Shown in pieces: positions 12,147-26,494 of a DNA stretch of 64,000 bases (within the stretch, counting starts at the first letter, position 1; every line of letters begins with the position of its first letter). Under the pieces are notes generated by a model. The model had not been told where the DNA came from, did no database searches, and saw only the letters and a program-made list of their open reading frames with translations. A program made the translations under genes and the position numbers. Location of the stretch: assembly GCF_006345805.1 (NCBI RefSeq), contig NC_043004.1, positions 105,338,001-105,402,000 of the forward strand, read 5' to 3'. This stretch comes from Octopus sinensis. Taxonomy: Eukaryota.

Positions 12147-14008
12147 GTTTTTCTATCTGAGAATTCTATCTAGAAAGTCAACAACTCAAGGAATATTACC
12201 TGGGGGGAACTAAGTTTAGATTAGTCAAAGAGGAACTTCATGTATGGATTTTAGTAAATCTCTTTGAGGAGTCAATGGGAAGCATTTGGTGAAAGAGAAT
12301 CTGATCATAGTGATGGCACCAGGATGCTAATTATAGTGACAATGGTATGGGTAGTTAGATAGGGATGATAGTAGATGCAATGTTGAGGCTGGTGGTGGTA
12401 AATGTGGGTATGATAGTTGTGGTGGTGGGATGGTTATGATAGGAATGGCAGCAAAGGCTGTTATTATTGTAGTGATTGGGTTAGGGTTATTGCAGTGGTT
12501 TGATGATGTTAGGCAGGTTATAGGAATGTTGGTATTGGTAAGACTAGTTGCTGTTGTTTTGGTGGTGGTGATGATTGTTATTGTACTATCAATTGGTCGA
12601 TGATGCAAGTTAATTATTCATACTTCAACTGTAGTATTAATATCCTTCTCTTCAAAACAGAAAAGTTGTAAAGGCTGTTTCTGTTGTTCACAGTAAACCA
12701 ACACCTGACATCTTTGTTGTCACCCACCCCATCACACCACACCACGCAGGGTGCCCTGTGTGGTTAAGCAACTTGTTAGAAAGAGATGCTATATTCTCCC
12801 AAATCACAGCATACCTTTTAAGAAAGAAGAGCACATCGGATTGTATGATCATAGCTTGAACACCTTTGGTTATAAGTCTACTTGGGCAGGACTGACCAGG
12901 ACCTACAAAACTACACCACATCACCTTACATAGCATTACATAACACTGCTCTGTACAACATTACACTATGTTTCACATTACACTGCACTGTATGGTGTTT
13001 TCAGATTTTTTTAAAACCTTTTTTGTCAACCTTACTCAGCATTGCTTACTTATATTGCTTTTATTATTATATTTTTAACGTCAACTGTTTATTATAAATT
13101 GTCTTTTCAGTCACATGTACTTTTTCGAAGTATCTAATTATCAAAATACATTTACATTGTATTATTATTTTTAGTAAGGTGGTGAGCTAGCAGAATAGTT
13201 AGCATGCTGAACACTCAGCGGTTTTCACGTCCTGAATTCAAATTCCATCGAGGCTGACTTTGCTTTTCATCCTTTCAGGGTTGATGAAATAAGTACCAGT
13301 TGAGTACTGGGGTTGATGTAATCAACCAGCCTCTCCCCCAAAATATCAGGCCTAGTGCCTATAGAAGAAAGGATTATTTTGATTATTATTATTATTCAAA
13401 TTCTGCTGAGGTCAACGTAACCTTTCATCCTTTCAGGGTCAATAAACTAAGTACTAGTGAAACACTGGGGTCAATGTAATTGACTGGTCCCCTCCCCCCA
13501 AATTTCAGGCCTTGTGCCTATAGTAAAAAGGATTATTATTATTAAAGTGCTGGGCTGGTAGAACCGGTAATGTGTTGAACAAAAGGCATAGTGGCATTTC
13601 TTTCAGCTCTTTATATTCTGTGTTCAAATACCACTGAGGTAACTTTTGCCTGTTAATCTTTCAATATCAATAAAGACCAGTCAAGAACTGGGGTCAGTGT
13701 TATCAACTTGTCCCCTCCTACTAAAATTGCTGGCTTTGTGCCAAATTTTGAAACCATTATTATCATTATTATTATTTCTATTGGTATTATTAATGTTATT
13801 ATTTGTTGGCATCCTCGGTGTACCAAGTAAAGAATTTGGCTTCTCTTTCTAATCAAGGATATTTCATTTATGTTACTAATGCCCACCAGGTGGAGAAAAA
13901 GACCAAATAAAAAAAAGGCATAAAAGTGAAATCTATCTTATTTTGATGAATGTTAGAAACCATTATTATCTTAGATACTTTTATTAATTACAGTAATAAT
14001 AATAATAA

Positions 14009-15200
14009 TATGAGATGGTATCATAAGGTTCCCGGACTAGTTATGTTTTATAAAAAAAAAACAACTTATTTACCTAAGTGGAGGCACATGGCCTAGTGGT
14101 TAGAGCAGTGGACTCGCGGTCGAAGGATCACGGGTTCGAATATCAGACCGGGCGATGTGTGTGTTTATGAGCGAAACACCTAAGCTCCAGCAGAAGGTAA
14201 TGGTGAACTTCTGCTGACTCTTTCGCCACAACTTTCTCTCACTCTCTCCTCCTGCATTTTTCAGCTCACCTGCGACGGACTGGCGTCCCGTCCAGGTGTG
14301 GAACCTATACACCAAGGAAACCAGGAAACCGGCCCTATGAGCCAGACATGGCTCAAGAAGGAACAAACAATTTACCTAAGTGTTAACATCTCCTTCGAAA
14401 TAGTCCCCTTGCACAGCAATACATTGGTCCCAGCGATCCTGCCTCTTTTGGAATCTGTCCTGGAAGTTGTTTCCTGTAAGCAAGTTGAGGACTTTCTGTG
14501 ATTCGCTATGAATCCCGACAATGATGTTAAAACGGCAACCTTTGAGCTGCATTCTTATCTTGGGGAAGTCCACAGGTGCTAAATCTGGTGAATAGGGGGA
14601 GAGGGTGCAGAAGGGAAACCATGTTTCTGGTGAGAAACTCAAAAGTAAAGAATCCAATTCTTTGACCTCCAAAGATCCAGTCACTTTCACCAAATGTCAT
14701 CCTTCAAATGCTTCAAGAAGTCACAGTAGAAACCTTGATTGATGCTCTGGCCCAATGCCACATTTCCGGGGGTGATGCTTGTGGCAAGTATTCCAGATAC
14801 CTCATCATCTTCCTGGTATGTTCTGCATTTTGAAGTGCCCTGCTACTTGAAACATTGCATACAGCCCATTGCTTCATTGCCGTAAGCTTGCCAAAATATG
14901 GTCAATGTCTCTAGCAGACTTCTCAAGTTTAATGCAAAATTTCACGTTGGGTCTTTGTTCCTGTCCATGACAAATTTGCAGACCATAGCATATATGTGAT
15001 CACAAAATCACAAATTTCACAACTTGTGAAGTAAACCCAGCAATTTCACTTGGCACATGGCCTCATGAAGACCACTGCTCGCTCTCTCTGTGCTGCAAGT
15101 GTGAATCTCCTAGAATAGGGTTCAAATTTGGCTTCATTTCCTATGTAGAATTCATTCACATCATGACAAACTTCCAATGCCTCTGATAATGTCTTGTGTG
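14009..15200 (-). mobile_element. Internally deleted, decayed mariner transposon
   Basis: C-terminal PYSPDLAPVDF...RWDQCIAVQGDYFEGD (ORF 14376-14693) and N-terminal EQRPNVKFCIKLEKSARET near 14880-14970. TA plus a TIR-like end at 14009; the right end was not defined. Confidence 0.85.
14081..14369 (+). mobile_element. tRNA-derived SINE with V-domain-like core, inserted in the mariner
   Basis: A box TGGCCTAGTGG, B box GGTTCGAAT, core CCTGCGACGGACTGGCGTCCCGTCCAGG. 13-bp TSD ATTTACCTAAGTG at 14068-14080 and 14370-14382. Partial relatives at ~24315-24395 and ~49865-49975 (both -). Confidence 0.8.
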
Positions 15201-18200
15201 ACACATATAATTCTTCACTTCCCTCTTATAATATCATAGTTAAATTGCACCTAAGTAAAAAAATCATTGTTTCTTTTTTAAGAGTATATCCTTAATAAGA
15301 AATTTTCATTTTGTGCCGGTGCTAGAAGTTATCATTATTATTCAGGTGGTGAACTGGCAGAATTGTTAGCATGCTGAGCAAAATACTTAGCAGTATTTCA
15401 CCTGTCACTGTGTTCTTAGTTCAAATTCTGCTCAGATCAACTTCACCATTCATCGTTTCAGGGTTGATCAATTGAGTACCAGTGAAACACTGGGGGTTGA
15501 TGTAATTGACTCATCCCTACCCCCAAAATTCATGCTCTTGTGGCAAAATTTGAAACCATTATTATTATTATTATTCGATGAAATAAGTACCTGTTATGCA
15601 CTGGGGTCAATGCAATTGATTAGCCCCCCCCTTCCCCCAAAGTTTCAGACCATGTGCCTACAGTGAAAGGATTATTATTGTTATTATTATTCAGATGGTG
15701 AGCTGGCAGAATTGTTTGCATCCTGGGCAAAATGCTTTGTGGTATTTCATGCCGCTATGTTCTGAGTTCAAATCTCATTGTGGCTGACTGAGCTTTTCAT
15801 CCTTCTGAAGTCAATAAAAGAAGTACTAGTTGAACACTGTAGTTGATATAATCAACTTGACCCTGGCCCCTGAAAAATGCTGGCCTTTTGTCCAAAATTT
15901 GAAACCATTGTCATTATTATTATTATTATTATTATTATTAAAATCCACCCGAGGTTTGCTTTGCTTTTCTTCCTTTTAGGGTTAATGAAGTAAGTACTAC
16001 TTGAGTATAAGGATCAATGTGATTGACTCACCCCTAATCCCCAATTTTCAGGCCTTGAGCCTTTTTTTGAATTATTATTATCATGATTATTATTATTATT
16101 ATTATTATTATTATAGCTCTTTTGGAAACTTCTCAGGAATCTGTATACACAGAAAAAAAGTTCCTTGACTTTTTATCATGTTTCTAATAATTGTTATTTA
16201 ATTCTATTCATTATATGTTAAAATGCTGTGTTGAAACGTTTTTGAAATTCAACTCTAAAAGTTATGATGGCTGAAATGTTGCCACAAAAATATGTCATTT
16301 ATTAAAGAATTATATTATATGATGACTATGCCACAAATTATTTTTTAAAAACAAAAATGGATCAAATCCACAAAGCAAAGCGAAGATATGGAAAAACAAG
16401 AAAAAACATTTTGGTAGTATGTGTTATTTGATATTTCCTTGGTTTGATATTTTATAATTCATTGGTCATTTTGGCTTTGATAACTTGTTCTAATAAACTT
16501 TTTTCTTCTTTTTTTTTTCTCTTTTTTTTTTGCTGTGTGTCCCATATTTAAGCTAAGTTCCTCTGTTTAGATATTGTTATAATAATGTATTAGAGTGGTT
16601 TTGGCAAAAATGGTAGAGCAGTAGACAAAATGCCTTGCGGTATTTGCTTACACCACTTTGTGTGCGAGTTCAAATCACCCCTCTACCACTGAAGGGGACT
16701 TTAATCTTTCATCCTTCTGGAGTTAATAAAAAAAAAAAGAACTAATTAAGTATTTAGGGGTTACTATAATTGACTAACCCCTGCTCTCAAATTTGTAGGC
16801 TTGTGCCTGTCTTAGTTATCATTGTTAAGGTTCATTACCATCATCAGCAGCAGCATTGTCATTACCGTTATTGTTATATGATATGGAGAAGAGTGAAGTA
16901 GAGTTTCATGGTTTCATGTAGACACAATTTCAGGGTTCAAATCCTGCCATGATTGATTGATATGACTTTCAACCCCTCAAGTTCAACCCCTAAATTAATT
17001 AGCTGTAAGATTACTTCGGCTGATTCGATGGCTTTTAGCTTCTTTTTTTTTTTTTCCTTTCCACAAAAAAAAAAAATATTATTCGAGAGGGCAATTAGAT
17101 CGATGCAATTGGTACAGTTGCAGGTGGATTGCATTTTGTTAATTAGTTACATCCCTTTACATTTTGGGGCCACGAAAACCAAGTAATAGCCATGTACTAA
17201 GAATAATAAAACCAACTAACCTTTACCATTTCCTAATTTCAAACCTTGTGCCGTTAGTTAAGAATCATTGATCTTCTTGTTACCATTTTTCTATTGAAGT
17301 GCTTTTGTTTTGATTAATTTTAAAAAACTTAAGTATTTAATAAAATAATTTTGTCATAATTAATCTGGAGTCTGGAACATAATAAATTAACATGAAGTTT
17401 TGGTGGGAAGTTTTAATTTAAGTCATTTTAAAACAGGACATTTGTATCAGCCGGGGGGGGGGGGGAGTCAATCTCAGGTGGGTTGGAATGAAAAAGGTTT
17501 TTATTAACAGATTCATCAAAAAGTGTTGGAAAAATGCTTTATTGTATTTCTTCCAGTTCTTTGCATTCAGATCAACTTTGCCTTTCCATTCAGAGTCAAT
17601 AAAATAAGTATCAGTCTACTAAGGTAGATGCTACTGACTTTACCACCACCACCACCACTCTAAATCAGAAACAGTTATTGTTATGATAAATACAGTGGAT
17701 TAGCTGAATTATTAGAGCATTGGACAAATGCTTTTTCGGTATTTGTTTCTATTTTTCTAATTTCTGACTTCAAATCCTAGTGAAGTAAACTTCACCTTTC
17801 ATCCATCAGGAGTTGATAAAATAAAGGGCCAATCAATTACTGGGAATTGATGGTATCAACTAATTCCCTCCTAAAATTGCTGGTCTTGTGTCTAGATTAG
17901 AAACTATGATTATTATTATTATTATTAGTAATAGTAGGTCTGTTAACATGTCAGATAAAATGCCTTATAGTATTTGTTCCAATTCTTTGTATTCTGTGTT
18001 CATTATTCGGCTGAAATCAACATTGTCTTTCATTCTACCTGGATTGATAAAACAAAGTACTAATCAAGTATTGGAGCCTTTTTTTTTTAAACCCCCCAGC
18101 TAACTTCTCTTCCCAAATTTCTGACCTTGTGCCTATACAAGAACTTATTACTATTAAGGTAGCAACTTGGCAGAATTGTTTGCACACAGAACCAAATACT

Positions 18201-21200
18201 TAGCAGGGTTTTGTCTATCTTCATATTCTGTGTTAATATTTTGCTAAGGTCAAGTTTGCCTTTTATCCTTTCAGGGTTGGTGAAATATGTACCAGGGGTT
18301 GATGTGATCGACTTGCCCTCTCCCCCAAATTTCATGCCTTTGCCTATAGTAGAAAGGTGTTATTAAGGAGGTGATCTGCCAGAATTATTAGGATGCCAAA
18401 CAAAATTCTTTGTGGCATTTCACATGTTCTATGTTCAGATCAACTAGACCTCCTCCCACAAAATTCCAAGCCCTGTGCCTATAGTAGAAACGATGACAAT
18501 AATTATTATAGTTAACTGGCAGGATCATTAGCATACCAAATGAAATACTTGGTCACATTTCTTCTGGCTTCGTGTTCTGCAGTTGGCTTTGCTTTTCATC
18601 CTTTCAGGATGGATAAAATAAGTACCAGTTAAATCTATGTAATCAAATAATCTTACTCAACCTAAAATTGCAGGCCTTGTGCCAAAATTTGGAAGAATTC
18701 TTATTATGAATTCATAACAATAAAATAAACTACTAGTGAAGTATGAGGGTCCCTGTAATTGACAATCTATTTCTCCATTCCACACTGCTGGCCTTGTACT
18801 TAAATTGTTATCATTCTGAGAATTGGTGCTACACTGGATGACATGCCTTACACTATATTATCCTATTTCTTTTCCTTCTCATCTCCATATCTTTCAACCT
18901 TCTGAAGTCGATAAAGAAAGCAATACATACATACATAGTTACTTGTAGCACACACATATATATACTGCAGAGTGAAAATAAATCACACTATTTAATGTGA
19001 CAGACTACACTGCAAAAAATTAAAAAATCACTGATTTCATTTCTGTTTACAGACTCTCTCCGTGTCTACACTAAACATACGCACAAATCCTTTTATGTAT
19101 ACACACGCAATATTTAAGAAAAATTAAGAAAAAAAGGAATATACACAAAAAAGAACGAAACATGTGTATATACACACACAATATTTAAGAACAAAAGGAA
19201 TATACACAAAAAAAATATATACTGGGCTGTTTATTTAATTGTGTCCTGCTCAAAACTTGTAGAATTGTGCCAATGTTAAAACTTTATTATTATTACTAAG
19301 GTGGCAAGCTGGCAGAATTGTTAGCACACCAGACGAAATACGGAGCCGTATTTTGTCTGCTGCTACATTCTGAGTTCAAATTCTGCCATAGTCGACTTTA
19401 CCTTTCATCCTTTTGGGGTTGATAAAGTACCAGTGAAACACTGGGGTTGATGTAATCAACTAGTCCCCCAAAATTTCAGGCCTTGTGCCTAGGGTAGACA
19501 GTATCATTATTATTGTACTAGGGTGGTTCACTGGCAGAACCATTAGAGTGCCAAACAAAATGAGTTGTGGAATTTAATTGCATTCTGTGTTCAAATATCT
19601 TTGATGTTAAGTTTACCTTTCATCCTTCCAGGGTTGAAATATCGTGTACTTGTTGAGTATTGGGTTATGGGGCAATTAAATTGACTGCACTCCTTCAATA
19701 TGTTAGCACTTGTGCCACCCCCGAATTTCTGGCCCCATGTTTATGATATTTTTTCTGGCTGTCTACATTCTAAGTTCAAATCCCTCTAGGTACAATTTTA
19801 CCTGTTATTCTTTTGAGGCTGAATAAAATCATGTACCAGTGATGTACTGGGGTTGTTGCCTAAAATTGCTGGCCTTGTGCAACAATTTTGAAACAATTAT
19901 TATTGTTACTATTTGATATAATGTTGATATTACTTTGGTACAACTGCCTTTTTTTTTTTTAATACAAGATTATGACCATTTATTAAAGTTTGTTGTAATA
20001 GATTGCATCAGAAGAGTGACAATGCTGCTGTTGATGATGATTAATTGAAGGATTAGATTAAACCTGCATAATTTCTTTGTATTAGTAGCAGAAATTTTTC
20101 TTACTACATTTTATGAAAACCTTCTCCATTGCTGGAAGAACCATTTTTATATGATGATTATAACATAATTGTTTTATAAACTCTATCAAAGGGAAGAGAC
20201 AAAGTCATTGATATTTATTATCTCATCTCAAAAATGTCTGTTTTTTTTGTTTTTTTTTTGCTCTTCCCTTTTTTTTTTTTTTACTTCCCTTCCACTTACA
20301 GTTTTGCTCTTAATACTTGTTTCACTTCTGTCATCTGCTTTAATTTATAACTGAAGTGGGTTTTTATTTTTTTGGGGTTATATTTTTAAAAACCGTATGG
20401 ATCTGTGTTGTTGGTGCTAATGTTGTTTTAAACAGAAATGTTTTCACCCCCGGGCAGTATTGTGAAATTCTGCTCAGTGAATGCTTCTGTGCTCCCTTTT
20501 TTTTTTGTTTGTTTGTTTGTTAAGAACTACCTGTCCATTCCCTGCATTACTGTTCTATATATCATCACCACAGTAGCACCATTTTCCTTCTTTGTTCAGA
20601 GTTGATTTAAGCATTCCTGTGATAACTCTTACCTAAGTCATTCGCTCGTTCAAGAGTTTTCTCCCCTGATCACTTCTCATTACAAAAATCTGAAAATTTT
20701 ATTCATTATGGTGCTTCTATTACATAAATATCTATCGAGGACTCATCTTGACTCGTTCTCCTCAACTTCTACGTTCTCGGTGTAAAATTTCAGGTGCAAC
20801 AATATTGTGATAACATATTGATAATCTACCTCTAACAAATGAGTAAATTTTGACCATGCAGGGTGTTGTGTTCTGTGGAATTGTTTGAAAATGCAGTGTG
20901 TGTGTGATGTGTGATATATGTGTGTTGTTGTTGTTGTTGATCATCTTTACTACCTTTTTGTCATACTAATGTCAAAGCAGGAATTACTTTGAAATTCTTG
21001 AATGCATTAGTCTTCGTGTGAAAAGAATTTCAAATTATTCCTGCTTGTTCAGATCTTCAGCTGCTGTCTCACCAAATATTTAAGAATTGGTGCCATATTT
21101 AAGATCCAAAATCTTTTAAATGACTTTGATTTAAAGGTCACAGGAAATAATTATGAAGTGTTTGGAATTTAAAAAAATAAATAATTGAAATGAAATTAAT

Positions 21201-21897
21201 ATAATGGGGTTTTTTTTTTATAATTATTATTTTAATTATATTTTAATCATTATTGTTAATTATCAACTTGAATATTTAAAACAAATGTTAAATTCTTTCG
21301 TCTAAGTGTGGCTTTATTAAATTATATAAAGTTAATTTTGAGCTCTGATGTTACTTTCAAAAGTATTGCATAATAATAAACAATGAAATTTATGTAAGTG
21401 TAGTTGAAAAATTATTCATTTTGGGTATTGTTTGACTTTAAAGTCTCTCTTTAAATAGATTACAGTTTAAAAGCTTTTAAACTAAATTCATTTTAATCAA
21501 ATGAAACAAAACCAGTTAATTTATTTTTCTCAAATTTTTCTTGTTGTCCTTTTTCTGGTGTTTTTTTCTTCACTTTATATATTTTTTTCATGATTGCATA
21601 AGCTGTTGTTGTTAATTATTATTAGGATGGTAGATATTGGCAGAATCATTAGAGAGCCAGATAAAATGCCTTACAGTATTTATTCTTGTTCTTTGCATTC
21701 TGAGTTCAAATCCTGCCTAGGTCAACTTTACTTTTCATCCTCTCTGGGGTTGGTAAAATAAAGTACCTGTTTAAGTACTGGGGTTTTTGTATTATCAACT
21801 ACCCCTCTCTCAAAATTGCCTCTAAATTAGACAATATTATTATTATTATTATTATGATTATTAAACAATGATTTGGTTGCTTTACAAAATGAAATGA

Positions 21898-22088
21898 TTA
21901 TGAAAAACTAAAGATTTCCAAAGTGACCTTCCGATTCACTAGTTGTGCATATTCGTTGAGTAGTTTGTCTGATTTCATCTTCACTGACTTCATTGTGTCA
22001 AGTGAGACCTTCAAGAAGGGTCTCTCCTGCATGTTTACAGCAAAGTGAATGCCTGGTCCCATTTTAATAAACTTTGCCAAGGAATTGT
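21898..22088 (-). CDS. Candidate terminal exon of an unidentified minus-strand gene
   Basis: Weak acceptor aaaacag|. Open frame (D)NSLAKFIKMGPGIHFAVNMQERPFLKVSLDTMKSVKMKSDKLLNEYAQLVNRKVTLEIFSFS* in non-repetitive sequence. No homology recognised. Confidence 0.3.
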
Positions 22089-22249
22089 CTGTTTTGTGAT
22101 TGATGTTATCAAATTAAAATTTTGTTTTGAAAAAAAAAAAATGAAAGCTTATGTTGTTTGTGTTTCTTTTTCTGTTAACCTAGCATAATTCAGAGGTCAC
22201 ATGTTATGCATGAAAATGTTTCCTCTATGTGATAATATCTTTCTCACAG

Positions 22250-22895
22250 ATATACCGGGTAGTGCCACATCCTAGCAGATGAGGGAACCTGTGGAAGAGA
22301 TAGACCCAGGAAAACCTGAGATGAGGTGGTGAAGCACGACCTTCGAACATTAGGCCTCACCAAGGCAATGACTAGTGACCGAGACTTTTGGAAATATGAT
22401 GTGCTTGAGAAGACCTGGCAAGCCAAATGAGACCATAACCTTGTGGTCTATGCCAGGGGTGTAACCAGTCCACTTATGCATATCTTTCCTTCATTGGACA
22501 CTGCTTGTAAAGACCTGTTGAGGCAAGTGAAATCGAAATCAAATTCGATGACTGGTATCTGTGCTAGTGGAGCACTAAGAGTATCGTCTGAGCATGTTCA
22601 TTGCCCAACTGGCGTCTGTGCCGGTGGCACGTAAAAAGCACAATTCAAGTGTGGTCGTTACCAGCGTCACCTTACTGGCACTTGTGTAGGTGGCACGTAA
22701 AAAAAATACCATTTGGGCATGGCACATAAAAGCACCCACTACACTCTGAGTCGTTGGCGTTAGGAAGGGCATTCATCTGTAGAAAACTCTGCCAGATCAA
22801 GATTGGAGCCTGGTGCAGCCATCTGGTTCGCCAGTCCTCAATCAAATTGTCCAACCCATGCTAGCATGGGAAGTGGACGTTAAACGATGACGATG
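22250..22895 (+). mobile_element. 3' fragment of the old RTE LINE
   Basis: Decayed coding end plus a long 3' UTR ending ggacgttaaacgatgacgatg. Other fragments at ~23020-23330, 32200-32520, 33280-33500, 36810-37400, 46750-47000, 51200-51480, 52880-53190 and 53830-54115. Confidence 0.75.
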
Positions 22896-24860
22896 AACTT
22901 GACCTGCTGAAAATGGCACCTAACCCGGTGAATTGTTTACTTTAATGGTACAAAAATCCAAAAGTGGAATTTAGTTGAAAAGATGATGAATCCTAAAATA
23001 GCGAGAACATTATAAACATCATTTTAACGTTTGCTCTCCATGCTGGCATGGGTTAGACAGTTTAACTGGAGCTGATGAGCGGGAGAGTTGCACCAGGTTC
23101 CAGTCTGATTTGGCACAGCTGCATGCCCTTCCTAACACCTATCACTCCAAGAGTGTAATGGATGCTTTTTATGTGCCACCAGAATGGGTGCCATTTACAT
23201 GACACCAACAACGACCACGACTATGACTCTGGTGGGTGCCATTTACAAGGCATCAGTAGTGACCACGACGATTCATGGGTGCCTTTTGTACAGCAATGAC
23301 TGTGACTCGTGGGTGCCATTTACGATTCCTAAATGCTGCCAATATAAAAAAAGGATTAAATGTTTCATTATAGAAGTGCAAACTGTTGTAAAAGTGGTGA
23401 AAACAAAGATGATATCCATCTACTATATTTGAGTGTTGGATTACAGGAAATATTAGGTTGGTGATTAGAATCCTTATTAATATAAAATAGCATTATATCA
23501 TCACCTCTTGCTTACATTTAAAACTTCCATCCTGCTTTTTAACCTCCCCAAACCAAATTTTACAACTATCTTTCAAGTCAGTCCACCTCTGATAATGTTT
23601 GAATGAAAAGTGGAGCCTGGCTAGCAAAGATGGTGTCTTGCATACATATAATTCATCCTCCCTGTCTTTCATCTCTCACTTGGATATTAGCAACAAAGAC
23701 ATCCAGTTACTCTTGATCAAAAATTCTCTTCTTCTCTCCTCCAAGTATACCTACTTTCTCTACAGCTGGTTGTCTTATAAACAAGCGTCCACACATTGAA
23801 GTCGTTTTTATTCCATGAAACGCAATATAACAACTACTGCCTAAGAATCACGGAGTTATCTCCCTTACCAAGTCATAACTTTAGAAGAGCTTTACAAGTC
23901 TTAAGGACTAAACAACAGATCGTCAAAGGATTCTGGAAAAATTACAGTATTCAAGCAAAAATATAAATTGAAGTTACTACGTCTCATTGGAGCTTGGAAA
24001 AAATCGTGTCTAAATGTAGCTGAGGAAAGCCCTTAGCGAGAAGCTGAACAATAGATTTGTACAAATAAGGCAGTGAGCTGGCAGAAACGTTAGCACACTG
24101 GGCGAAATGCTTTGTGGTATTTCGCCTGTCTTTGTGTTCTGAGTTCAAATTCCACTGAGGTCGACTTTGTCTTTCAAACTTTCGGGGTCGATAGATTAAG
24201 TACCAGGTGCATACTGAGGTCGATTTAATCGACTCTCCAAAAATTTCAGGCCTTGTGCCTAACTTACAGAATTGTACAAATGGCAAGAAAGTGAGATTTG
24301 ATGATGGTGATGGAGGAATCATAGGGTCTGTTTCCTGGTTTCTGTGGCGCATATATTTCCCCCTGGATGTGACGCCAGTCTGTTGGACAATTACTTATTT
24401 TGCTAGCTCAGTGGACTGAAGTGTTAGAATATCTACAACGACAGTGTTAAGTGGCTAAAGAGAAAAAATGGAGAAGCCTAAGAAGACAACAATCAAATAT
24501 TGATACTTTTTTTTATAAAAGAAATAAATTTTAATACACTAGTTTTATTTTTACTTCAACATTAATGGAAGAAAGTGCAATTTTTTTTATTGCATTCTTA
24601 ATTTTTATTCTTGAACTTTTGCTTGTTTCAGTCAATGGACTGTGGCCATTCTGGAGCACATCCTTGAAAGATTCAGTCAAACAAACCAACCCCAGTATTT
24701 GCTTTATGTCTGCTACTCATTCTATTGATCTCCTTTAATGAACTGCTAAGGTATAGGTATGTAAAGAAGCCAACAGTAGTTGGTGGTGGGGACAATCACA
24801 AACACAAAGACATACATATGCAGCACATGCACGCACATGTATGTGTGTTTATATATATAT

Positions 24861-25235
24861 AGGTGTAGGAGTGGCTGTGTGGTAAGTAGCTTGCTTACCA
24901 ACCACATGGTTCTGTGTTAAGTCTCACTGCATGGCACCTTGGGCAAGTGTCTTCTACTATAGCCTCGGGCCGACCAAAGCCTTGTGAGTGGATTTGGTAG
25001 ACAGAAACTGAAGGAAGCCCGTCATATATATGTACATGTGTATGTTTGTCCCCCCCCCCAACATCGCTTGATAACCAATGCTGGTGTGTTTATGTCCCCA
25101 TAACTTAGCGGTCCGGCAAAAGGGACCGATTGAATAAGTACTAGGCTTACAAAGTCCTGGAGTAGATTTGCTTGACTAAAGGCAGTGCTCCAGCATGGCC
25201 ACAGTCAAATGACTGAAACAAGTAAAAGAGTATAT
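24861..25235 (+). mobile_element. Family-B SINE (tRNA-like head, CORE-like ACCTTGGGCAAGTG, internal microsatellite)
   Basis: GTGGCTGTGTGGTAAG head, then GATTTGGTAGACAGAAACTGAAGGAAGCCC, a short TA/TG tract, and a 3' half ending CAAGTAAAAGAGT. Copies at ~1870-2220, 31770-32130, 35010-35380 and 58290-58720 (-). Confidence 0.8.
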
Positions 25236-25962
25236 ATAGATAGATAGATACAAGATATGAGGAGTTTAGGCCAAGAAAATCCAAACTAATAGGTATGCGT
25301 TCTGAGTGTTCCAATAGGTAATTCACCAAAATGTCTTTTAGAGCAGCAGCTGGAATTGGGGTTGTGTGAAAGTCTTGTTTGAAAAAAATTGTTGGTTGGT
25401 GGCTTACTTCTGAGTCAGTAGGTATCAGTTAAAGTAGTGAGGAAGACAAACAGTTAGTCAAGGAAGGACTATGGCATTTAAATTCATTTAATTCAATCTA
25501 AAAATAGTAAAATAATGCAAAACTAGTAAAAATAGTAGCGATAGTCTCTGACAGCTGTTCTTGAGATGTCCCGTGCTTTGGATCATTATATTATGAAGAC
25601 TTTATAAACCAGGTATCATCTGAGAACTGTATGAAGAAATGTGTGAGAGACAGTAGAAGGAAAGCTCCTCTTTAAGGATATGCATTACAGTTCATTATGG
25701 TTCATTATATTCAGGAGGATAGGAGGGTTCAACTAAATCCAGTTGAACCAGTTCTTTCTTAGATGAATTCATTATCAAGAGAGTGGTTAAGTAGAAATCA
25801 ATGTGAGAATGGTTAGGAAACTGGTAGCAGTTGAAAAGTCATGTGATATTGAGAGAATGAAAAAGCAAAATGTTCTAGCATGAGAGAAAAGATAGAAGTA
25901 TTATATTATCTATATAGTGTTCAGTAGATCAGAAATACATTCTTTATGAGAAAGACAGATAG

Positions 25963-25963
<1 letters not shown>

Positions 25964-26011
<48 letters not shown>

Positions 26012-26192
26012 GTATATATATGTATATGTATATATATATATGTATATATATATATGTGTGTATATTATATATGTGTATATATATATGTATATATATGTAT
26101 GTATATATGTATATATATGTATGTATATATATACTATATATGTATATTAATATATATATATATAAAAAACATATATGTGTTATATATGTATG

Positions 26193-26241
<49 letters not shown>

Positions 26242-26378
26242 CATATATGTGTATATATATATAAACATATATATGTATGTATTATAATATATATATAAAC
26301 ATTATCAATATGTGTGTGTGTGTATATGTATATATATATATATGTGTGTATATATATATGTATATATAATATATGTAG

Positions 26379-26405
<27 letters not shown>
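25964..26405. repeat. Compound (CT)/(TA)/(TATG) low-complexity tract
   Basis: Direct reading. Explains ORFs 25944-26549, 25946-26287 and 25999-26298. Confidence 0.95.
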
Positions 26406-26410
<5 letters not shown>

Positions 26411-26494
26411 CAACTACATATATGTAACATATTATCATCGTGTATTTGCCAGTGTTAAAACACATGAAAGTCATAGACAAGCGAGATAACTCAC

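Larger units (their letters stand above)
13178..19900 (+). mobile_element. Cluster of roughly 15-20 family-A SINE copies in the same orientation
   Basis: Recurrent head GGTGGTGAGCTGGCAGAAT, B-box-like GAGTTCAAAT, core CTTTCATCCTTTCGGGGTCGAT...AAGTACCAG...CTGGGGTCGAT and (ATT)n tail. Further copies at ~3575-4330, 6370-6560, 7400-7570, 8455-8640, 9305-9530, 21625-21830, 24065-24260, 32935-33150, 45735-46130, 55565-55780 (+) and 47840-48050 (-). Counts are by eye. Confidence 0.85.
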
